This document shows positions 13,801 to 26,000 of a stretch of 64,000 nucleotides of DNA, piece after piece. Under the pieces are notes generated by a model. It saw only the letters and a program-made list of their open reading frames with translations, ran no database searches and was not told the origin of the DNA. Positions within the stretch are counted from its first letter, which is position 1. Each line of letters opens with the position of its first letter. This DNA is from Zootoca vivipara (lineage: Eukaryota), in contig NC_083281.1 in NCBI RefSeq assembly GCF_963506605.1, positions 45,446,001 through 45,510,000 of the forward strand, read 5' to 3'. The position numbers and the translations under genes are program-made.

Positions 13801-16800
13801 AGGGTTATAGCTCCACCCTTTCCCGCTTTTGACCCACTGCTGGTGTTATGTAGACCCTGACAGAATGCTACTCTCAGGAGGAAAAGTTCCCCGCTTCAGC
13901 CTTCAAAGCACTGCTGAAGTATCAGAGCTTCAAAGAGTCCATCAGACTTCTATGAAGGAATAATCTTCCTATCTGCCCCTGTCCAATTCCACTCTAATTC
14001 TCTCCTCATCACCCCCAAATGCTTGGCACTTTCAGCTTGTTGCCCCACCTCTCCCTACTTTCTCTGACGGGCTGGGAGGAGGAGGGCACAGATCCTCAGC
14101 ACTGCCTTCTCTCTCTGACAGCCTTGAAAGAAGACTCCCAGAAAAGTCTCCTGGTGGGGAAAAAGCTGGACCAGCTGGGGCTGCCTCAAACCTTGCAGCA
14201 GGAATTCTCTCTGATCAATGTGCAGATCCGAAACGTCAACATGGAGGTAGGTGAGGGAGGAGCCATGTCCTCCTGTTGGGTGTGCTTTTGCTTGAGAGGG
14301 TGGAATTCGCAACACCCTGTCTGCTGCTGGGTGGGGATCGTTTGTCCTCTTCTGGCAGGCTGCCTTTCTTGGGCCATGACACTCCTTGACAGGCCAAGGG
14401 AATGGTCTGCAGAGACTTCCCTGGCAGGGTTGCATCCATGAGGTCCTCACTTTCTGGAGTATCTTTTAAGCAGAAAGCAGGGGAGGGGGGAGAGAACGTG
14501 GAAGCAGCCAGCCCAAATACTGAGTTGTATCCAGTGTTCTTACTTAGAATAGACCCATTGATATTAATGGTCATGACTCATTGAGGCCCCCTGATTTTAG
14601 TGGGTCTGGCCAGAGTAGATCTGTAACATTGTTTTCAGCCATCCTCACCTTGAGCTCCATCTGCTTCTGGTGGTGAATTTGCTTGTTTCCTTATAAAACA
14701 CATTTCATTTACTTTTCCAAATTTGCTTTAAGCAGTATACAAAATCTGTTTTTGAAGTCTAAGGAAGAAGATACATTTGTTAAAACAAAGTTTGAGCCTT
14801 CAGGCAAGAACTTCATTTAAATTATTTGCTAAATATGTACTTTAAGTGTAGCAACAACAATAGCAGCAGGTTACAAATGGACCAAATATGCTTAACAAAA
14901 AGAAATGTAACTTGGAACCTTCTATGATAATAACAATAATGATGATCAAGAGAGGCTGGTTCAGTAGGCTGAATAGGGCGCTGCCCCACCAAGCTCGGTC
15001 TCCCACAGCCAGCCAGCCCCCCAGCCAACTTTTCTTACAACCAGTCTAGGTGATAGGACTGGCTGTCAACTTCCTCCTTAGTCTCTGTGTTGACCTTACA
15101 GAACTCAGCAAAAAGGAGGATGGGGACAATTCTAGAACCACTTGGCTCAGCCCACCATTTGCTCTGGTCTCCTACTGTTAGTCTCCCTGCCTTCCACCAA
15201 TAGAATCCAATTCCAATGGGTTCCAGCCGCCACTGAGGATGATGATTATTGCAGGGTCCAGGTTATATTTCACGTGGTTGAGTTTGGTCCCCTTGCAGGC
15301 CTCCACTGTTCCTTGAAGTAGGTCAGTGCAATTGGATCCACTAACAAAATATTCTCCTAACATCTCCTCTGTTCCTCCATTGGCTTTGGCAGATGGATGC
15401 CGTAAATCGTAGCTGCACCGTCTCTGTGCACTGCAGCAACCACAGGGTCAAGATGCTGGTGATGTTCCCTGCTCAGTATCCCAACAATGCTGCCCCCTCC
15501 TTCCAGTTTGTCAATCAGACCACCATCCCCTCCACCATGAAGGCCAAGCTGCTGAAGGTGGGTCTGCAAGCAAGCAACTCTGGCAGGTGGGGTGGCTGAA
15601 GGCTGTAGAGGTCCGGGAACAGGGAGGGTCTCCACATTGGCTGCCTACCCATGAATTCTCTCCCGAGGAACCCTCAGTCCTGGAGCCTTGATCATTGTTT
15701 GAGTGTGTGGAGAAGCTGTGTGTGTGTGTATTCATGACCCAGACTATTCACATAGTATGCGGGGGGCCTCTTGCAGATCCTGAAGGACACTTCCATGCAG
15801 AAAGTGAAACGGAATCAGTGCTGCCTGGAGCCCTGTCTGCGCCAGTTGGTCTCCTGTCTGGAATCTGTTGTGGTAGGAAATGGCTTTCAGCGCCAACCTG
15901 TCTTCTCATTTTGCCCTAGTCTCCTTGATCTTTGTTTGGGGAAAAAACTCCTAGTATCCCTTTTTTCTTTACAAATCCAGAGCGGTTTACAACAGATTTT
16001 AAAACTTGTCCATAGTAGCTTTCCATGCTTTCAGTTTTTAGCATTGTACTGCTAAAGCAGAAGCATAGAAACCACATTAGGCAGAGGTGCCAAAATTTGC
16101 CTGTCCACAGGGAGGGGCGGCTCTGATTCTCAAGCTGGCTGGCCCTTGTGACTGGCATGTGGGTTGCTGCAGAGGCTGGGTAGCAGGTTTCTCATCTTAT
16201 GAATGTTCTGATTCCTGCTTTGCAAAACATTTTGTGCCACTGACAGGAAATGTTCCTCAAACCCAAAGGGGGCATATTCCACTGCCCTCTGCTCCTTTCT
16301 GTAAACCAGAAACCAGTCATGGAACTTGCATGCTCTGTGGCAGAGGACTGGGCTCCCAGGAACAGCACCTCTGTGCACCTCTGCTGTGGGATTTGGAAGT
16401 GCTTTGAAATCCCCATCTAAAAGTGCCCTTAAGCCTTAAGAACTAGGCCCTGGTTGGCCACAAAGTGTTGATGCCTCCCTTGGCCTTGTTCTCCCACCAC
16501 TGTGGCGAATGCTTTTTGATTTAGGAAGAGAGCCTCCTTAGGGACCACAATAGAAAATGGCAACAACAAATGGTGTATCTGGGTTCATTCTGCTGCCTTC
16601 CAGTCCTAAGAGACAGCTCTCCATTGCCTCTGTGCTTTTTCCTTTTTAAAGCAGAAAGCTGGCTGGTGCTGAGTTTCTGCATGTGGTGACAAGACACTCA
16701 ATTCCCACATGAGTAGCGTGATTGCAGACCAGGGGGAATAGCAGCCCTGCTGTACCTTGCAGTTAAAAATACACAATGATAGTGGTCCCTAGATAACAGT

Positions 16801-19800
16801 GTATGCAAGACAAAAGATCCAAAATATGAAAATGATACTGTATTGAACTCTTAAGAACATGTACATGAAACTGATACATAATGTTGCAGTTAAACAACAG
16901 GATAGTAATATATATATATAAGAAGACTCAACACCGGTTGAAAGTCTGTTTTGTCTAATTGGTTGTTTTCAATTCTGCCTGAGAAATCTACTGTCCTTAG
17001 GTAGAGTAGTAATGCTACTCCTGTGTTCCTTCACTTTAAACATGGCAAACTGGGAAAGGACCTGGCTGACCCTGCAGGCCTGCGCAGTAATGTAGGAAAG
17101 TGCCTGATCCCAGCTCATACTGTGTCCATCCATCCCCATGTTGCTTCCTGTGATTGGCAGCAGCCCTTTGGAGCTTCAGACAGAAAGAACTTTCTGGGAT
17201 AGCTTTAACTGGGGTTGCCAGAGATAGAACCTGGGACTGCCTGCCTGCAACACATGCACTCTACCGTAGAGCTATGCCCCCTCCCTGGCATATTGGCATG
17301 TTGGTGTTTCAGTACGAAAGCCCAGTTGTCAAGATGATGGGTTCCATGCATGCAACTCTTAATCTGTTTTCTGTTTCAGAACCAGGAGGACAGCTCCTCC
17401 AGCAACCCCTATGCGCTCCCAAACTCCGTCACACCGCCCTTGCCAACATTCCCCAGGGTCTCGAATGCTTACGGCTCCTATCAGGATTCCAACATCCCAT
17501 TTCCACGCACCTCTGGAGCCAGGTTTTGTGGGGCAGGTTGGTAGACTCTTAAGCATGTGAAGCTAGAGAAGGGCAGGGAAATGGTCAGGGCTCCCAGCTC
17601 GGATCTTATCAGAGCTTTCCACCAAGAGGAGAAGGGTGTGAGTGAGCGTGGCAAGGGTGTACACCACTGTGCCCTCACCCCCTTTCCCTTTGCCTGCACA
17701 GCAAGCTGTTGCTACAGTGCTGTCGCTGCAGCACCAGAAAACCTGCCCTCAAAATGAGGGAGCCAATTTACATGGTTTGCGGACAACCCTACAAACAAAT
17801 TGACATGAGTGCATATTATTTGAGTGCATATTCTAGGTTTCTAGTTACAGGATTAGGTTCCCTTTCCTCCAGTTTATTTACTAATCTATTTATATAGCAA
17901 GGGAGCAAATTTCTATGTATTTTTTTTAAAGGAAAAGCTATTTGAGACAGAATAAGATTCATGATTTTGTCAGGGGTTAGGGAAGGCTTGGGTGCTACAC
18001 TGGCCAAAGGAGCTGCATCCTACCAAACACCGATTTTAAGCCCTTAACAAATTTGCTGAGTAAAACATGCATGCTTATAAAACAGTTCTTTCTTGTAAAG
18101 AAAAGCAGAAAATGGGTAGAATTGCCTAATCTTTAGCAAAGTGGTAGCAGCTTAAGAAACTAACCCTGGACAAAGCCCAAATTAGAGCAATGGTATTCAG
18201 ACTTCTGTGCTCAGGGAGCAAATTCCCCACCCATTTGTCAGCTATGGAATCTTTGCATGTGGACAAGAATTCTTGACAGCATTCTAGAGGACAGTGCAAC
18301 CTCCCGCCCCCACTTTTGATTTCTGGGCAGTTGTGGGAGCATGATAATGCTTGGCTTGCTATGTGTCCCTAGGCTAAATACGAGCGATGCATTTGACATC
18401 TAGTATAGAAGTTGCAGGTTGGACAGATATGCCTTTATTTGAACTGTGTGATTAATTCTGTCTGCAAGATATGGGGGAAAGGAAAAGTGCAGCAAGGGGT
18501 CAAAGCCCTTGACCACTGCAGATCTTGGCTGGCCCTGTCAGATTCGATCTCGCCTTGACCTCAGGCTTTACAGTACTGCATTGTGTGCTTGGTCAGAATT
18601 GCAGAATAGACACAAGCCTGATTAAAGCTGCCTTCCTGTGGGAAGACACTTAAATAACCATCCTTTCTAACTATAGAAGTGGTACCAGCTTTTACTTTAG
18701 AGGCTGTGTTCTTCAGTGCAGGATCTCTCTTCTTCACAGGGTACTTGGTGTACTTCACACGACCCATGACGATGCACCGCACAGTCTCCCCTACAGAACC
18801 AACCCCCCGGTAAGTACGTGGGTAGCTGCAGGAAATGACTCAGCAGCAAGAGGTGTGCTCATGCCAATGCCCAGGCTCCTCTTCCTCTTCTCTGAATGAG
18901 GGAGGTGGAGTTTCAGTTTTGGCTATTGGAATGACCCATGACTCAGTAGAAACACATATGCTTTGCCTATAGAAGGTCCCAGGTTCATTCCTGGGGTTCT
19001 CGGGTACCAGGGCCAGGAAGAATTTGTGCCTGAGACTTTAGGAAAGCATTAGCGCCCAGAGTGGACTGTAGTGTGCTAGATAGAACAGGGGTCACCAACA
19101 TGGTGCCCATAGGTACACATGCACCCTCGGAGGCCTTCCCAGGTTTCCATAGGGTCCCCTCCACTGCTGAGAATTTAGTCTTGAAAGAACCATCCTATTG
19201 TATAGAATAGGTTGTGTTGTGTGTGATGCTGCCATAATAGTTTCTCAGGTTTGCAAATGTGCCCACGGGCCCTAAACCTTTGGCAAGCTCTAGGATAGAC
19301 CAATGGCCTGACTCAGTTTATGACCGTTTCCTATGCTTCTGCTGTGCCCTTTGCCTCAATCCCTGCTTCCTGTGATGCTGCATGGGACTGACGGTTAGCT
19401 CAGCTTTCAGGAATGTGTATCTTGTGTTCAGATCCCTGTCGGCCCTCTCAGCCTACCATAGTGGCCTCATCACTCCCATGAAGATCCGTACAGAGACCCC
19501 TGGCAACCTGCGCTTGTATGGTGGGAGCCCTACACGCAACGAAAAGGAGCAGGTCTCCATCAGTTCCTTCTACTATAAGGAGAGGGTAAGTGTATGGTCT
19601 GTGGAGCTTCCTCACTGCCTCATTTTCAGCCATTTATGCTTGTTGGAGATCATTGCCCTTAACAGCACTCTTGCAGGGTGGAGGGCAGGATTTGCCTGTC
19701 CTGTAACAGAAGCCCAAGGGGACACCTTGGATGAGCTGTGCTGCTGGCTCTCTTTGGGATGCTCTTGATTTTAGATGATGCTTCCTTCGCTAGCATTATG

Positions 19801-22800
19801 CCTTCACTTACTGGAAAAGACCAGCTATCTGCAATTAGGGACTTGTCCAGCTGCTAGGTTTTTTATGCATCTGAGTGGTCCTTGGGTGGACCATGCAAGA
19901 ATTCTATAGGGGTGCCTGACAGCTCTGTGGATTGCTGTGTGCAAGCAATCTGGACTGACTGTGTGGCACAAGAGGGCAGGCTTTTTACACTTGGGTCACA
20001 CTGGGGTCCATCAGGGAGCATGGAAATCTGCCAACCCCCTGGGTTGCAAAGGCTATGACATTGCCTCCTGCTCCCCGCTTACTTGAGAGCTGGGCTTGTT
20101 GACTGGCTCATGCTAAGCACCTCCACTTGCCAGAGATACTGGTTGGCTGTCCCAGGGCAGACTTACCACATCCAGTTCCTGTCCACTTTGGAAGAGCTTG
20201 AATGGCCCTTATTTAATGAAACCCCATAGGACACAGCTGTGACTACCTTCTTGGGAGAGCAGAGTTCCCCACGCCATCATATACGGTGGCCTAAAATGAC
20301 GATTTTGAGAGTGAGCCAAAAAATACTTAGCTGTTGCACTTAGAATTGGGGCTTGGGGCTCTTTGAGCTGGTCACACTAGGCTCAACTTCCCCAGTGCTA
20401 TCAGCAGCTAGCAGCTTCACAAAACCTGATGCAGCAGAAAGAGACCCTCTCCCCAGCATGGCATGTGCCACTTTGAGCCAGCCAGGTTCCCCGAAGGCTG
20501 AGTTTGCAGGGGTCTCAGTTTGGAAGGAGTCTTTTAGCTCTTGAAGCTGTATCTAGTCCTGCCTATTTTGGGGCCTTTTGGGGATTGAAATGCACAGGGA
20601 CTGGGAAGCCCAACTGACAGGGTGGTTTTATAGTGTTGAAATAAAACAGAGTTGCACAGGGCTTTTCCCTGTGGCAAATTCTTGTGCTCTTGGGTCAGTA
20701 ATTGAGTATTTAATCTGAATCATGAGAAGCATATTGTAGGGAAGCAGTGTGTGAAATGCCAGCACCCCAGAAGCTATCCATGCTGCCTGGATAGGTGGAG
20801 GGATTGGCACAGGCTGAGGGCTCTTCACACCCAGATGCTGAACATTTGCTGTGCACTGATGGGGGTCATCTGAGCTCCCTTTCTTAGCAGCTAATTATTT
20901 TCTCGTGTGGGTTAAATTAGCCACAGGAGAAAAGAGATAAGGAAAGGGAAACAACCACCTGAGTGTTGTAGCCAGCAGGACCTTCCTGCCTGTGTATTTG
21001 ACTGCTCTGTGTCTCATAGGACGCAGAAGACTCAAGGCCTCTGACCTCAGTGTCACTGTCAGCAGCGCTAGTTGCATGAGACACTTCCTTTTCCGCAGTG
21101 AGAGAGGATCAGGGGTGGGGAACCTGTGCCCCTCCAACTGTGGTTGGACTTCTGCTCCCATCTCCCTTGACCATTAGCCATGCTGGCCTGGACTGATGGG
21201 AGAATTGGGAGTCCAGTAACATCTGGAGGGCCACAGGTTTGCCTATCCCTGGAATAGAGGATTGATATAAGGACCAGCTAGGATTCATATGACATCTTGG
21301 GGAAACTTGCTTCTGTTGTGCTTTTTTGTGGGAAGTGGTCATGAGTATGTTTCGTATGTAGAGGGCCACAAGTTCAGCCCCTGCAATGGCAGATTGCAGG
21401 CTTTTGTCTGCAACTTGGGAGAGGTGCTGGGTCTCAGAGTAGATAGCACTGTGTCACTCCTCTAGAGGGCCGACTTTTCCATCTTTCCTGGGCTGAATCA
21501 GAATATGGAGGCCCTTGGCTGCCCTGGAATGGCACATCTCTGACTGGTCCACAGCTGGCCTCTGCCCTTGGTGCTGCACGGGGTCCCTTGGCTCATGAGT
21601 TTCTCAGCTCTGTGTTCTTTTCTTCCTCTTCTTCTCTCAACGGCTCACCTTCTTCCCTCCTTCCCATCCTGGGCATAACATTCTCATGCACAGATGTCGC
21701 CTTGCTCTGCCAGACGGCGTTGGTCCATACAAGCAATTAACGACTTCCCGGTACTGTTTGCTGTGTTACTCCTGCCCTTGACTGTCTGCTCCCCATGGGC
21801 CCAAGAATAACCTGCCACCTGCCTGGCTTTGCGTAACCCAGACTGTAGCTGGGGAGACAACTGACTTGGGTGGGTGGAGGAATCAGGGAGCAGTGGGGGG
21901 GGGGCATCCTGTGCTTATGTGAGGTGGTACTTCAGAGTTGGTTGTGTTTTCTAGGACAACCAGGATGATTATATATCTTTAATGCTTGGTGCTAATTGGA
22001 GCAAGATAATACTCTGCCTTGGTCAGACCCCACCTGGAGTCCCGTAACCAATTCTGGCCACCACAGTTTAAGAAGGATATTGACAAGTTGGAGTTTGTGT
22101 AGAGGAGGATGAGCAAGTTGATAAAGGGCCTGGAAACCAGGCCTTATGAGGAGTGGTTGAGGGAGTTATGGATATTTAGCCTGAAGAAGAGAAGATTGAG
22201 AGGTGATATTATAGCCATCTTCAAATATCTGAAGGGCTGTCAGATGGAGAATGGAGTAAGCTTGTTTTCTGCTGCTTCAGACCTGAACCAGTGGATTCAA
22301 ATTTCAAGAAAGTAGATTCTGTCTCAACATAAAGAAGAACTTTCTGAGAGTAAGAGCTATTTGACAGTGGAATGGATTACCTCAGAAGGTCGTGAACTGT
22401 CCTTCATTGGAAGTTTTTTAACAAATGGATGGCCATCTCTCAGGGATCCTATCTCAACGGATAGGAAGTGCCTACAGAGGGTGGTGAATACAGCACAAGT
22501 TATTATTGCCAGTCCCATGAATCTGCTGGATAACATCGCGGAAGACTGTTGCCTCAGGAGAGTGAGGAAAATTCTTAGGGATGATTCATACCCTGGCTGG
22601 CACTTTTTTGATCTCCTGCCCTCGGGCAGAAGATAAAGAACAGGCATTCCCAAACTTCGGCCCTCCAGATGTTTTGGACTACAATTCCCATCTTCCCTGA
22701 CCACTGGTCCTGTTAGCTAGGGATCATGGGAGTTGTAGGCCAAAACATCTGGAGGGCCGCAGTTTGGGGATGCCTGATATAGAAGCATGATTAGTCGCAC

Positions 22801-22968
22801 CAACAGGGTAAAGAACAGCTTCCATCCGTGGGCTCTTAGGCTGCTGAATGAAAAGATAACAACAGGGCAACTGACTTTCGGGTTTGGTGGGTGTGAGTAT
22901 TTTAATGTTTGCTGGAAGCCGCCCAGAGTGGCAGGGGAAGCCCAGCCAGATGGGTGGGGTATAAATAA

Positions 22969-23010
<42 letters not shown>

Positions 23011-26000
23011 GAGGGGAATTAAGACTAAGAGAGCTGAGTGGGGGTGCTCGTGTAATCTCACTGTATACAAGTTGTACAAGTGACAATAAAGTATTTCAAT
23101 TTCAATTCAATTCTTTAGTTGTGATTCCTGCATTGGATGGAGTAGCCGATGAATAGGCTCTCTGACAGGGATGATGGGTGGGGAGCTTCCTTTTTCCTAT
23201 GCAGTATGTGGTCTAGGCTGTAAAACAAGCTTCTTAAGAATATTGGCCTGGCAAGTCCAGAGCTGAGCTAATGGGGTGTTTAATAGGCCAAGCAATGAAC
23301 TGGAGCAATCCCCTGGTTCAGATCTTGTTTGTGCCATGAACTCACTAGGAAAGCCTTAGGCGAGAGCGTGGCCGGCCTCTGGTCCACAAGACAAGGATAA
23401 AAACAGTACTGACCTACCTTTCGGGGTGGTTCCAAAATTATCATATGCTTGCATACGTGAAGCCCTTTGAACCCGTGACAGCAGTAATAGGAATGCCAGT
23501 TGTTCTGCTCACTCTTCATTGCTTTGATAATAGGTTTGTGAAAGATGCATGGGAAATGCCATGTGCAATCCGGAAGCGTGCAATCCGGAAGCGTGCAATC
23601 CATGTGGAATGCAATCCATGCGGCTGTTCAGATCTTTGGTCCTCTGAGGATGGGGCTTGGGTGCCCTCTAGATCCTTGCCCCTCCTTGGGATAGCAAATT
23701 CTGCAAAATAGGTGAGCTTCCCTAATTTACATAATTTCTACAGAGCATTTCATTCAGCTTGCCTGTGCCTGAAAAATGCTTTCCCTCTGTGTAACCATGG
23801 TTGGGGTGAAGAGCTGTAGGGTAAGTAAGTCTGAGGAGGGGGTGTTCTTTCCTGAACCCCCACCCCACTATGAAGTCCTTCATCCAAGCCACCATTGCCA
23901 TCACGTGTGAGGAATGGGTCTTCCTTTGGGAAAGAAAGCAACTAAGCCTCTTGCAGTAGTATCAGTGCTGGAAGAAGTGGAACAATGTAATGCTGGAGCT
24001 GTGACATTGAAGAAGGAGATGGAATTGAGGACTCTTGTGTACAATTTGGAATCATCTGAGAGGGGAAAGTGACAATGCCTCCTGCAATACTTTCGAAAAA
24101 GGATGGAAATACAGGAAGTGGGGAAATCAAGTTTTTCTAAATGACAAAGATGGAAGCCCATGGCCACAGGAAATGGAATTGGAAGATACATCTTTTGGGG
24201 CTGTGAATTAATGTCTACATAATTTGTTGGAAATTCCTGATAATACACACAAGTGTAGCATAAGGCTGAGTCAGCAATTAGACGCGCCAGTAGGCCCATC
24301 AAGTCAAAGCAAGTATTTTGCCTTCCCAAGTCTCTGCTGCTAGTGCCATCCTTACCAGTACTTTAAGCAAGGTGGCAGCAGCCGAGTTGCAACCAACATT
24401 GGGGGGGTGACATCCTGCCAGGCCTCCTCTGGCCTCTCAAGATTGGGGGGGAGGGGTTGAGTTCCATCCCAGCAGACATTGGGGGGGGGAGCTGTAGAGG
24501 CCTCAGCCCCATAGAGTTGGCTAGCCTGGGCAGCAAGGACATTGAGGGACATAATTTTTAATCATTTATGAATATTGTCTTATTATATAAACACAGTGAA
24601 AAAACTAATGAGGAATAAAGAATAAGGACTGAATGTCTTTTTAAAGTCTGGAGGTAAAGTTGTGAGGTTGGACTGGAGGGAGATTAAGTCTTGCTTATAG
24701 TAACTGGCCAAACTTTGGAATTCTTTCGAATTCCAAATTTTGGAATTCTTGGATGGGAAGGAAAATGAATGAACCTGCGGTGCCTAGGTTTAATATCAGG
24801 AAAACAGCTAGCAGAGGAAGGAATAACTGGACATTACACTGGATTGAACACTGGATTATTATGAGGAATTTTTGTTGACACAACTGAAAGATGGATAGTT
24901 GGAAGTCACTTTTACACACACTCACTCACTCTGTTATTATTATCTCTCTTGTCAGCTTCTTTCTTTCTTCTTTCTTGTTTTGTTTCTGTTTTTATCGTAT
25001 GCTGAAAAGTCTTAATAAAATTATATTTTTTAAAAAGGAATGGATCCCCCTACTAGTCTCTCCTTCCACATCAGGCTTTGGTGGTGGTAGCAGAGAGCTG
25101 GCAGGAGGAGAGTCTTTTCTTGCCCAGGGCCAGTTCTGCTGAGACTGTCTTGTGCTCTGGCTGATGGTGGTAGAGATAAGCACCTGCAGGCGCAACCTTT
25201 TGATATCAGCCCCGGGGTGGGGGGGCGTTAAGGGAAGTAGTGTGGTATCCCACCCCCTTCCCCAATCACACATTGCATGCATCCAGAGCACATTCATAGT
25301 ACAAGGTTAGCATGATTCAATATCTTCATCTGCATCAGTGATGGGGAGCCTTTGGCCCTCTAGATGTTGTTGCACTCCAGTTCCCATCAGCCCCAGCCAG
25401 CATGGTCAGTGGTTGGGAATGGTGGAAATTGTAGTTCAGCAACTTAGGTCCATAGATTCCCTGGCCCTGACCTATGTGTCTGAAACTTGAGATGCAGCCT
25501 GAGATACCTGATGTGGTATTGTCTTTTTCACCACTTAATTATTGCTGAATGTGTGTACTAGGTAGCTCCAGGTTCCAGCTCTGCCATGGAGCAAAATGTG
25601 CACCAGGTGCAGGGGCGTAGCCAGGATGAAAATTAGGGGGGGCAACGGGCAGGGCCAAGGGGAGGGGGAGGGGCCACAGTGGGGCAAGGAAAGCTCCCTT
25701 CTCCCTGGCTGGCTGTGGGGCGGGTGGAGGGAAAGCCCCAGAGCCGCGCAAAGCGGTTGCCTGGCTTTCTCTCCGCCCGCCCCACAGCCAGCCAGGGAAA
25801 AGTGAGACGGCACCGGGTGGGCAGCGGGGCAGGCTGGCCAGCGGCCCTGCTTCTAGGGGGGGGCAACTGCCCCCTGCCTACGGCCATGACCAGGTGGCAA
25901 TTTGTGCACCTTATTTTTAAGAAGTGATGAGAACTCCTAATCAGTGATGCTGCTAAGGTATTTGCATGGCAGTGGTGGAGTCATGAAGCTCCATTGCATT

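Larger units (their letters stand above)
22450..23113 (+). mobile_element. Rex1/Babar LINE 3' fragment with nested insertions
   Basis: [21 protein letters not shown] / [18 protein letters not shown], then AATAAA and a (TTCAA)n tail. Confidence 0.8.
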
